Below are positions 8,395 to 15,678 of a stretch of DNA of 18,299 nt, piece after piece (the stretch's first letter is position 1; every line of letters starts with the position of its first letter). The notes beneath the pieces are model-generated. The model searched no databases. It saw only the letters and a program-made list of their open reading frames with translations, and was not told where the DNA came from. Position numbers and translations under genes: made by a program. The stretch covers positions 1-18,299 of the forward strand of contig JBHLRS010000054.1 of NCBI GenBank assembly GCA_048882325.1. Direction: 5' to 3'. The stretch comes from Candidatus Thorarchaeota archaeon (GTDB lineage: Archaea; Asgardarchaeota; Thorarchaeia; Thorarchaeales; Thorarchaeaceae).

Positions 8395-9795
8395 ATGGTC
8401 AAAGAGTCTTCAGTTGTTTACAAAACAGTTTCCGACGTAAGCGGACCACTCCTTGTAGTCGAAAACACACATGATGTATCATACAACGAGGTCGTTAAGA
8501 TTAGGTCTCCATCGGGTGAGTTACTTACAGGCACAGTTCTGGAAACTGGAAAAGGTCGTGCTGTCATTCAAGTATTCGAAGGTACAAGCGGCCTTGACAC
8601 AGATGTGACCGCAGTACGATTCACAGGTGAAACCTTGAAACTCCCGGTTTCATCAGAGATTCTTGGAAGGGTCCTTGACGGTGCTGGAAATCCGCTAGAT
8701 AAGGGACCACCTCTTACCGCCGAAGATCACTGGGACATCTACGGTTCACCAATCAATCCCTATGCACGTCAATATCCACGACAACCAATTCAGACTGGTG
8801 TTTCAGCTATCGATGGACTCAACACACTTGTCCGCGGTCAGAAGCTACCAATCTTCTCAGGATCTGGTCTTCCTCATAACAGTCTTGCAGCACAGATTGT
8901 CAGACAGGCTAAGATTCCTGGGGAGGAGGGCGACTTTGCCATTGTGTTTGGAGCGATGGGCATCACAGCCACAGAGGCTCAATACTTCATGCAGTCATTT
9001 GAAGAAACAGGAGCTCTTGAACACACAACCCTGTTCCTGAATCTGGCAAATGACCCCGCTATTGAGCGTATCATCACACCACGCGCGACTCTCACTGCAG
9101 CAGAATATCTAGCCTACACCGCTGATATGCATGTGCTTGTGATTCTTACAGACATGACCAATTATGCAGAAGCCCTGCGTGAGATCAGCGCAGCAAGGTC
9201 AGAGGTGCCGGGACGTCGTGGTTATCCAGGCTATCTCTATACAGACCTCAGCTTGATCTATGAGCGAGCAGGTCGTATCCATGGACGTAACGGTACAATC
9301 ACACAGATGCCTATTCTGTCCATGCCTCAAGATGACATGACCCATCCGATTCCTGACCTGACAGGATACATCACTGAGGGTCAGATTATCGTCGGAAGAG
9401 GTCTCCATCGACGTGGTATTTTCCCACCAATTGATCCAGGTCCATCACTTAGCAGATTGATGAAGGAAGGAATTGGTGAAGGGATGACACGGTTCGATCA
9501 CAAGGAAATACAAGCACAGCTCTACTATGCCTATTCAGAGGGTCGTGACTTGCGAGACCTTGTCGCTGTTGTCGGTTCAGAGGCATTGACCGAGCGAGAC
9601 CAGAAGTATCTCAAGTTTGCAGACCGGTTTGAAGCAGAGTTCATCAATCAAGGTGAGTTCGAAGACCGATCCTTTGAGCAGACGCTAGATATTGGTTGGA
9701 ACCTCCTGAGCGACTTCCCAGAGCGTGAGCTCAAGCGTTGTGACCCAGAGACCATCTCCTGGGCCCGTAACAAGGGCGTCTACAAGCCAGTATAG
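8395..9795 (+). CDS. atpB: A/V-type ATP synthase subunit B
   Basis: [76 protein letters not shown]. Confidence 0.98.
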   Translation: MVKESSVVYKTVSDVSGPLLVVENTHDVSYNEVVKIRSPSGELLTGTVLETGKGRAVIQVFEGTSGLDTDVTAVRFTGETLKLPVSSEILGRVLDGAGNPLDKGPPLTAEDHWDIYGSPINPYARQYPRQPIQTGVSAIDGLNTLVRGQKLPIFSGSGLPHNSLAAQIVRQAKIPGEEGDFAIVFGAMGITATEAQYFMQSFEETGALEHTTLFLNLANDPAIERIITPRATLTAAEYLAYTADMHVLVILTDMTNYAEALREISAARSEVPGRRGYPGYLYTDLSLIYERAGRIHGRNGTITQMPILSMPQDDMTHPIPDLTGYITEGQIIVGRGLHRRGIFPPIDPGPSLSRLMKEGIGEGMTRFDHKEIQAQLYYAYSEGRDLRDLVAVVGSEALTERDQKYLKFADRFEAEFINQGEFEDRSFEQTLDIGWNLLSDFPERELKRCDPETISWARNKGVYKPV

Positions 9796-9852
9796 TCATC
9801 GTTCTCTGTGTTTAAGAACGGTAATACTTCTCTATAATTAGAGGAAGGCGTA

Positions 9853-10563
9853 GTGAGGGTCTTGGTTGTAGGTAGTTGTGGAAAGAAGAAGGTCTATGAT
9901 AGTCCCGCTCAACCGCTGTGTCATGATATTGATGAGCGACATGATATCAACTACTGGAAACACCGGTTCCGTTCTAAATGCAAGCCTGCTCGGGACATGT
10001 ACACTGGTCCTCAGAATGTTGAACTTGTCAAAGCTATTGACATCCTTCGGACAATCCCTTGGCTCAAAGTCGAACTAGCTTTTGTTTCTGCAGGATTTGG
10101 GTTACTCACCGAAGACGATCTAGTACCTCCCTACGACTGCAGCTTTGCCAGAATGAAGATAGATGATGTAAGGAAAAGGTCACATGAGCTCAGGATTCAG
10201 ATTTCTTTCCTTGATCTGATTAGCAAAGGGTTTGACCTCATCTATCTAGCCTTAGGAAAACGATACCTTGTTGCCTTAGGAAAAGACTGTCTATCAGCTT
10301 TACAGTCACCTACAATTCTGTTCCATGGCTCAGAGTCTGATTATCTGATTCGAGTTCCATGTGCGGCTAACACTGTGAAATCTTTCTCTGTAACAGGACA
10401 AAGGATACATGGAGTTGTGGGATTCAAGGGTGACCTACTTAGGATCCTCGTTGAATATGCCTTAGACCGACCCAATCCATACATGGAACTAAAGCGGTGG
10501 ACTGAAGCAAGCTATTTGCGAAAACTGGTTTATCATTTAGGTAACGTTGCTCTTCCTTTGTAG
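9853..10563 (+). CDS. DUF6884/YaaA-like hypothetical protein
   Basis: Motifs SCGKKK, PARDMYTG, VSAGFGLL and PYDCSF match my recollection of DUF6884/YaaA-fold proteins. GTG start with GAGGAAGG upstream. Confidence 0.65.
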   Translation: MRVLVVGSCGKKKVYDSPAQPLCHDIDERHDINYWKHRFRSKCKPARDMYTGPQNVELVKAIDILRTIPWLKVELAFVSAGFGLLTEDDLVPPYDCSFARMKIDDVRKRSHELRIQISFLDLISKGFDLIYLALGKRYLVALGKDCLSALQSPTILFHGSESDYLIRVPCAANTVKSFSVTGQRIHGVVGFKGDLLRILVEYALDRPNPYMELKRWTEASYLRKLVYHLGNVALPL

Positions 10564-11009
10564 GGGCCTTTCTTGAGTTCCTTTGGATTGTCCGCCCACT
10601 TGATGAGTGTTCGGAAACCATTCAGTTTCACACTATTCAGAATTCCTTTCTCCGCCTTGATCTTCTGCATTTCTTTCCTGATCAAATGAATGATCTCTTG
10701 CCTCACTGAGGCAACTGTATACTTCTCGAAGTCTTCAGTTTCACGAAAGTGGGTGACCCATTTGTCAACGAATTCCACAATTTCCCGAGCCCCCTCTATC
10801 CTACATTGATTCTTCTCGAGCCACATCCTTCTAGTATTTCTCACATAATGTATTGGTCCGAACCCTTTGCATGACTCCTTCCACTTGCGCATATCATAGA
10901 TTTTCAGATCTTCAGACACCGTTTCACGTACAAGCTTTGTCAATCGTCGACTGAGCTTTGGTCTTTTTTGCATATTCCCCCTCTCCTCTGACAAAACGTC
11001 AGAAGCCAT
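10533..11009 (-). CDS. Hypothetical basic protein
   Basis: 158-aa Lys/Arg-rich ORF filling the gap between neighbours. ATG start with GAGGG just upstream and TTATTA about 35-40 nt upstream. No family recognised. Confidence 0.6.
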   Translation of the reverse strand: MASDVLSEERGNMQKRPKLSRRLTKLVRETVSEDLKIYDMRKWKESCKGFGPIHYVRNTRRMWLEKNQCRIEGAREIVEFVDKWVTHFRETEDFEKYTVASVRQEIIHLIRKEMQKIKAEKGILNSVKLNGFRTLIKWADNPKELKKGPYKGRATLPK

Positions 11010-11093
11010 TGCCCTCAGTAGCCCTATGTGGTCCGACTGACACTAATAAGCCTGTAAAACTATGCGTCAACCTCAATACTAGGGTTGGTTGTT

Positions 11094-11438
11094 CTAATCT
11101 TCACCGATTCCATGGTGGAGGTAATGATCCTTCTCTTTCTTCGAACCGAAGCTTCTGAGACCATCTGCTTTTAGCTGGCTCTTTATCTCCCTTGCTTGTG
11201 ATGGACTAATCTCATTTTGCTTTAGTAGAAACTCGACTATCTCAAGAGCCTGTGGCACTGTGTCACATCGTCGAATATAGTCCACGACATCCGGTGTGAA
11301 TGTCTCTCTGCCTCCCGTGGAATCTGTTTCCTCCGCCATTGTCCGGACACCATCTATCTTGAATGTCTTAGTGGTCTGCTCTTCAAGTTCTTTACTGAGC
11401 GCGGGAAATACCTCCCGAAATTCACCATCTTCAGACAT
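11094..11438 (-). CDS. DUF2095-family archaeal protein
   Basis: FREVFPALSKELE, PDVVDYIRRCDT..ALEIVEFL...EIS and GLRSFGSKKE..Y motifs. Start re-called at ATG 11438 with GGTGA SD. Confidence 0.75.
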   Translation of the reverse strand: MSEDGEFREVFPALSKELEEQTTKTFKIDGVRTMAEETDSTGGRETFTPDVVDYIRRCDTVPQALEIVEFLLKQNEISPSQAREIKSQLKADGLRSFGSKKEKDHYLHHGIGED

Positions 11439-11440
11439 TT

Positions 11441-11476
11441 TTGTCACCAGACAACCATGACCTTGGTTTGTCATGG
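11441..11476 (-). promoter_or_regulatory. Structured 5' leader (overlapping inverted repeats covering the SD)
   Basis: The minus strand reads CCATGAC-AAACCAAG-GTCATGG-TTGTC-TGGT-GACAA-AA-ATG. Confidence 0.35.
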
Positions 11477-11545
11477 CGTATCTCAAGAGTGACTTCTGAA
11501 TATTGACTTAAGAGCTTTGCCGAGACGGCGTCTGATTTACAGTCA

Positions 11546-13072
11546 TTAATTGCCTAAGAAGGCCCATGGCAGGGTATTCTGAAGTCTTTCAGCATCATTT
11601 GCGAGGGATAAGAACGAAATTCCGGTTTCCTTTTCAGCCCGTCTCCATCCCCCATAACCACCATATTTCGAGGCAACCCGAATCACCTTCCCAAGAGTGC
11701 GGTCTCCAATTGAGAGTGCAGCTTGTATTCTTGCATTCCTCGGATCAAGTGACTCGATAGACGCCTTAGATTGGTTCCTCACTGCCTTCTCAATATATCT
11801 CAGTCTTCGACGAAGTTCCTCGAGAGGTGGTTGTGATTCTCTCTCCCACCTAGTTTGGGCTTTTGGAATAAAGGGGTTGACGCTAGCTGTGACCTTAAGC
11901 CCTGACGATTTTGATAATCGAACAATCATGTCAGCTGTGTCTTTGAGGTCATCATCACTTTCTCCAGGAAGTCCAATGATAAAGTAAAGTTTGAGTGAGT
12001 TGTATCCAGCAGCAGTCGCCATTTCCACAGCTGTTTCTATGTCTGAATCATTCAACCCCTTCCCAATTGATTTCCGTAGTGCTGAGGAACCAGTTTCTGG
12101 AGCTATTGTCAGTGTTCGCTGACCACTCTCCACTAGACACTTCAGAAGTGGCTTACTCACAGAATCTGCACGTAAAGATGGCACAGACACACTAATTCCT
12201 TGGTCCATAGTCCAGCACACAAGATTCTCTAATCCGTCAAGGTCTCCCAAAGAAGAACCTATCATAGACACCTTTCCAACAGGGGTCCTATCAGTCCCTA
12301 CACTGATTAGTTCTTTCAACCTACCCAAGGTTCTGGTCCGTCTTGGTTGACACACATGACCGATGAGACAGAATCGGCAAGAGTGACCACACCCCCTTGT
12401 CACCTCTAGGAGAAATGACTTCCCAAACACCGGCTCCAGCTTAGAGCCCTCACCAACATCAGGGATAATTTGAGAAACTGGGTACTCCAAGGAATCTAAA
12501 TCTAGAATGATATTTCTGTTAACAATAGGTCTGGGGTTGGATGGCACATAGACCCCATTGAGTTCAGCTAATTGAGATAGTATCTCCTCGCGTGAACTTC
12601 CAGAAGCTACAGTTTCCACTATGTCATGAATGATGAGGTCTCCTTCTCCTATCGCAAACGCGTCTACAAAGTCAACAAAGGGTTCAGGATTCGCTGTTAC
12701 TACCGGACCTCCAACAATCACCAATGGGTCATCTTCGGTCCTCTCTCCAGCCAAGACTGGAATACTACCTGCCTCAAGCATTTGAACTAGGTTGATTATG
12801 TCCTCCTCATATGTGAGCGAGAATCCAACGATGTGGTTGTTCCTCAAAGGTCTTCTACTTTCCACTGAATGCGCTGGAGATGCTGTATCAAAACGGAAAT
12901 ATCGTTCACAGGATGTGTCATCTCGTGCGTTCAGAGCTGCATAGAAGATATGGAGGGCTAGTCCAGTCATCCCTGCTCTGTAGGATGATGGGTAACAGTA
13001 TCCGAATAAAACATCCACAGCACTCGAGTCCTTGACCGTGGTGTTAAACTCCTTCAGTGTTCCGGATGACAA
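11546..13072 (-). CDS. Radical SAM protein with N-terminal B12-binding-like domain (TIGR03960/YgiQ-like group)
   Basis: EVTRGCGHSCRFC (CxxxCxxC), YPSSYRAGM, IVGGP...NPEP, IGEGD, PSLRAD, TIAPETGS, YFIIGLPGE, FIPKAQT. TTG start. Confidence 0.9.
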   Translation of the reverse strand: MSSGTLKEFNTTVKDSSAVDVLFGYCYPSSYRAGMTGLALHIFYAALNARDDTSCERYFRFDTASPAHSVESRRPLRNNHIVGFSLTYEEDIINLVQMLEAGSIPVLAGERTEDDPLVIVGGPVVTANPEPFVDFVDAFAIGEGDLIIHDIVETVASGSSREEILSQLAELNGVYVPSNPRPIVNRNIILDLDSLEYPVSQIIPDVGEGSKLEPVFGKSFLLEVTRGCGHSCRFCLIGHVCQPRRTRTLGRLKELISVGTDRTPVGKVSMIGSSLGDLDGLENLVCWTMDQGISVSVPSLRADSVSKPLLKCLVESGQRTLTIAPETGSSALRKSIGKGLNDSDIETAVEMATAAGYNSLKLYFIIGLPGESDDDLKDTADMIVRLSKSSGLKVTASVNPFIPKAQTRWERESQPPLEELRRRLRYIEKAVRNQSKASIESLDPRNARIQAALSIGDRTLGKVIRVASKYGGYGGWRRAEKETGISFLSLANDAERLQNTLPWAFLGN

Positions 13073-13084
13073 GACAACCCCTCA

Positions 13085-14362
13085 TTAGCGATGGTCTGAA
13101 TCCATAGTGATCTGGTCTTGTCTTGCTATGACGAGCTTGTTAGGCAGGATGTCCCGATCTAAAATCACTCCAACTCCTGTCTGAGACCCCTGATGAAGCA
13201 CTATTCCTGGACTGATTGAGGTTCCAATTCCTGTCTTAACATCATCACCTATGATCGCTCCAAGTTTTCGTCGTCCCGAATTGACACGTTCCCCCCTCAC
13301 AGTGACAAAGATGGAACAGTTGTCGTGCCGCAGATTCGCGGTGATGGTTCCCGCACCAAAATTAGACCGTTGTCCAATGATGGAGTCACCAACGTATGAC
13401 AGGTGTCCAACATTGGTGTCATCCATTATGATGGAGTTCTTGATTTCCACAGCATTACCTATCTTGACTCTCATCCCTAGTGAGGTATATGGTCTGATGT
13501 AACAGTTGGGTCCAATAACCGAGTTTCCACCAATGAAGACAGGACCCTCTATATACGCTCCACTTTTCACAAGTGTGCCTTCTTCAACGCTGACATTTCC
13601 CTTCAGAACAGCTCCATCCTCAATTGTGCCTTCAATGTGCCCATCAGCATCTTCAAGAAGCAGCTTATTGGCTTCAAGCAAGTCCCATGGTTTTCCAACA
13701 TCCAACCACCAAGAAGGCAGTGAATATGCTCCAACATTTCCCTTCTCTATCAACATGGATATCGAGTCGGTTATCTCGTACTCTCCTCTTGGAGAAAGTT
13801 CGGTTCTCTCAATAGCTTCCCATAGTGGGCTACTGATTGCATAGACTCCTGCATTTACAAGTTTGCTAACCATTTGTTCTGGCTCTGGTTTCTCAATTAG
13901 CGCCTTTGCCTTACCCCTCTTCACCTCGACGACACCATACGCGCTTGGGTCTTCGATTGGTTTCACTGAGAGTGTGAGGTCGAATTCTTTCTTTTCGTGT
14001 AGTTCTATGAGGCCCTCAAAACTGCCGGGACCAATCAGCACATCGCCATAGATTAGAATTGCATCGCTCTTTCCGATGAACTTCTTGGCATAACCTGCAG
14101 CATGAGCCGTACCTTTTCGCTCCTTTTGGTCAACAAAAGAGATCTTCATCTTCCAAGTCTGTGTTTCTACAGCCTCACGAAGCTTGCCTGCATGATATCC
14201 ATAGACAACTAGGATTTCGCTGATTCCAGCATTCTCAAGAGCTTCCATTGTGTGAAAAATCAGTGGTTTTCCTGCTATTGGAAGTAAGTGCTTTGGTTGG
14301 TTGGCCGAGAGGGGTAGCATTCTCGTGGAATCGCCTGCTGCAAGTATGACAGCCTTCTTCAT
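13085..14362 (-). CDS. glmU: Bifunctional sugar-1-phosphate nucleotidylyltransferase/acetyltransferase (archaeal GlmU-like)
   Basis: AVILAAGDSTRMLPL...PK, EKP, LSPRGEYEITD, DVGKPWDLL; hexapeptide beta-helix repeats with HLSYVGDS, NFGAGTITANLR and GRRKLGAIIGD. Confidence 0.92.
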   Translation of the reverse strand: MKKAVILAAGDSTRMLPLSANQPKHLLPIAGKPLIFHTMEALENAGISEILVVYGYHAGKLREAVETQTWKMKISFVDQKERKGTAHAAGYAKKFIGKSDAILIYGDVLIGPGSFEGLIELHEKKEFDLTLSVKPIEDPSAYGVVEVKRGKAKALIEKPEPEQMVSKLVNAGVYAISSPLWEAIERTELSPRGEYEITDSISMLIEKGNVGAYSLPSWWLDVGKPWDLLEANKLLLEDADGHIEGTIEDGAVLKGNVSVEEGTLVKSGAYIEGPVFIGGNSVIGPNCYIRPYTSLGMRVKIGNAVEIKNSIIMDDTNVGHLSYVGDSIIGQRSNFGAGTITANLRHDNCSIFVTVRGERVNSGRRKLGAIIGDDVKTGIGTSISPGIVLHQGSQTGVGVILDRDILPNKLVIARQDQITMDSDHR

Positions 14363-14475
14363 TGCAAGTCATTTAGCCCATGTTCTATAGAGTTAAAGAC
14401 TTTCCCGCAATTGGTCAAATGCACGCATAGGCCGCGCTCCGGGAAACTTATGTTCAAATCATCATCGATTAGATA

Positions 14476-14488
14476 TTAACAATGTTAA
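14476..14488. promoter_or_regulatory. Palindrome, candidate operator in divergent glmU/wHTH intergenic region
   Basis: TTAACA-A-TGTTAA: perfect 6-bp arms around a single base. Confidence 0.4.
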
Positions 14489-14491
14489 GTC

Positions 14492-14512
14492 GTCGCGGTC
14501 TTACACCGCGAT
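14492..14512. repeat. GC-rich inverted repeat / hairpin
   Basis: TCGCGGT-CTTAC-ACCGCGA (7-bp stem plus a closing G-T pair) within an AT-rich spacer. Confidence 0.5.
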
Positions 14513-14639
14513 ACACCACTCCAGACTGCGATAAATTAATAAGTAACTTTAACCATCAAATAATCAGTTGATTGAGGCAATTTCTCTAGGAAAACCTCAA
14601 CAAATTGACAAATTAATTCCAATGGGAAGGTATTCAAAA

Positions 14640-14885
14640 ATGATGAGCGATCAACAACTCCAAGAAGAGCTCAAGAATATGAAGCTCACTAAGAGTCAAA
14701 TGATAGTCCTAGATATTCTCAGGAGCAGTGGACAAGGCGGTGTCACACCAAAACAGCTTTTGGACAAAGTGTCTTTCGCACCACGAACTGTCAGATATGC
14801 TCTTAGAAAACTCTTGAAGAAGAAACTAATCAAGCGCGTACCGTGCCTTCAGGACATGAGGCAATGGATCTACGTGCCTGCATAA
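14640..14885 (+). CDS. Small winged helix-turn-helix DNA-binding protein (MarR-like archaeal type)
   Basis: LTKSQMIVLDIL...TPKQLL...APRTVRYALRKLLKKKLIKR and wing LQDMRQWIY. Likely start ATG 14640 or 14643 rather than TTG 14568. Confidence 0.85.
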   Translation: MMSDQQLQEELKNMKLTKSQMIVLDILRSSGQGGVTPKQLLDKVSFAPRTVRYALRKLLKKKLIKRVPCLQDMRQWIYVPA

Positions 14886-14897
14886 ATAATGAAATTC

Positions 14898-14931
14898 CGA
14901 CACTAGTAGCCTATCGGGCTATTAGTTGTCG
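14898..14931 (+). other. Intergenic stem-loop between the two regulator genes
   Basis: CGACA-CTAGTAGCC-TATCG-GGCTATTAG-T-TGTCG: about 14-bp stem with one G-T pair and one bulge; no U-tract follows. Confidence 0.6.
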
Positions 14932-14991
14932 CACAACCTATGATATTGTTCAATTCTCGAAGCTTATGGGATGAGGATAGGTGAGGTCTGA

Positions 14992-15678
14992 ATGCAGGGA
15001 GCGAAACCAATCGACACGATACGGGTTCTAACAGGCGAAGAAGCAATAGATGCGTACAAGGTTCTCAGTGACGAGAGCAGGCGTCAGATTCTTCATGCTC
15101 TAAGAGCGCGACGAATGTCAACCACAGAACTCATTGAGTTTCTCTCGAAACAGGACCCTGAGAAGAAAATCAAGCCTCAGACCGTCAGGTATCACATCAA
15201 AGAGCTCGTGAAGTGTGGTCTTGTGGAGCAAGATGGTTATGAACCCACTGGGAACGGTGACAGTCACATCATGCAGAAGCTCTGGAGGGCCACAGCAGAG
15301 AATGTCTTCATTGCAACAGGCGATATGGATGGTGTTTCAGATCCAGAAGAGTCTGACCTGGACCGTACACTTGATATCATTGGCACAATGAGGGACCTGG
15401 GTCTTGTTCTCAAGAATGAGAAAGAGATGAAGGCCATAGCAGCCTCGATGACACAACGGGACAAAATCTACCTGAAAGGATTAGAACTAGCCAAAGAAAA
15501 CCTCCGTGAAATCTGCGAACTAGATCCTAAACTGTATGTGATATTCCGCAGGGTTCTCAGCGTTGTCCGACTTGATGACCAAGACTATCTAGACTACTGG
15601 GAACTCAGCAGGAGAATTACAGACGTCCTACGTGAGGCTTACAAGCGCGGGAAAGAAAAGAATCCCCCTGTGTACTAA
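14992..15678 (+). CDS. ArsR-family winged-HTH transcriptional regulator with helical C-terminal domain
   Basis: YKVLSDESRRQILHAL...MSTTEL...PQTVRYHIKELVKCGLVE...KLWRATA. ATG start preceded by GGTGAGGT SD. Confidence 0.85.
   Translation: MQGAKPIDTIRVLTGEEAIDAYKVLSDESRRQILHALRARRMSTTELIEFLSKQDPEKKIKPQTVRYHIKELVKCGLVEQDGYEPTGNGDSHIMQKLWRATAENVFIATGDMDGVSDPEESDLDRTLDIIGTMRDLGLVLKNEKEMKAIAASMTQRDKIYLKGLELAKENLREICELDPKLYVIFRRVLSVVRLDDQDYLDYWELSRRITDVLREAYKRGKEKNPPVY

Noticed and set aside
11546-13072. Assignment to a named radical SAM enzyme (MiaB/MtaB, Elp3, GDGT ring synthase)
   Set aside because: No methylthiotransferase N-terminal Cys motif, TRAM domain or acetyltransferase domain was recognised; a specific function is unsupported.
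14568-14639. 24-aa N-terminal extension of the small wHTH protein
   Set aside because: It is AT-rich, coincides with a hairpin and has no SD; more likely 5' UTR, with the start at 14640 or 14643.
14363-14640. Replication origin or tRNA/CRISPR in the AT-rich spacer
   Set aside because: No ORB-like G-string repeats, no adjacent orc1/cdc6, no cloverleaf and no spaced direct repeats.
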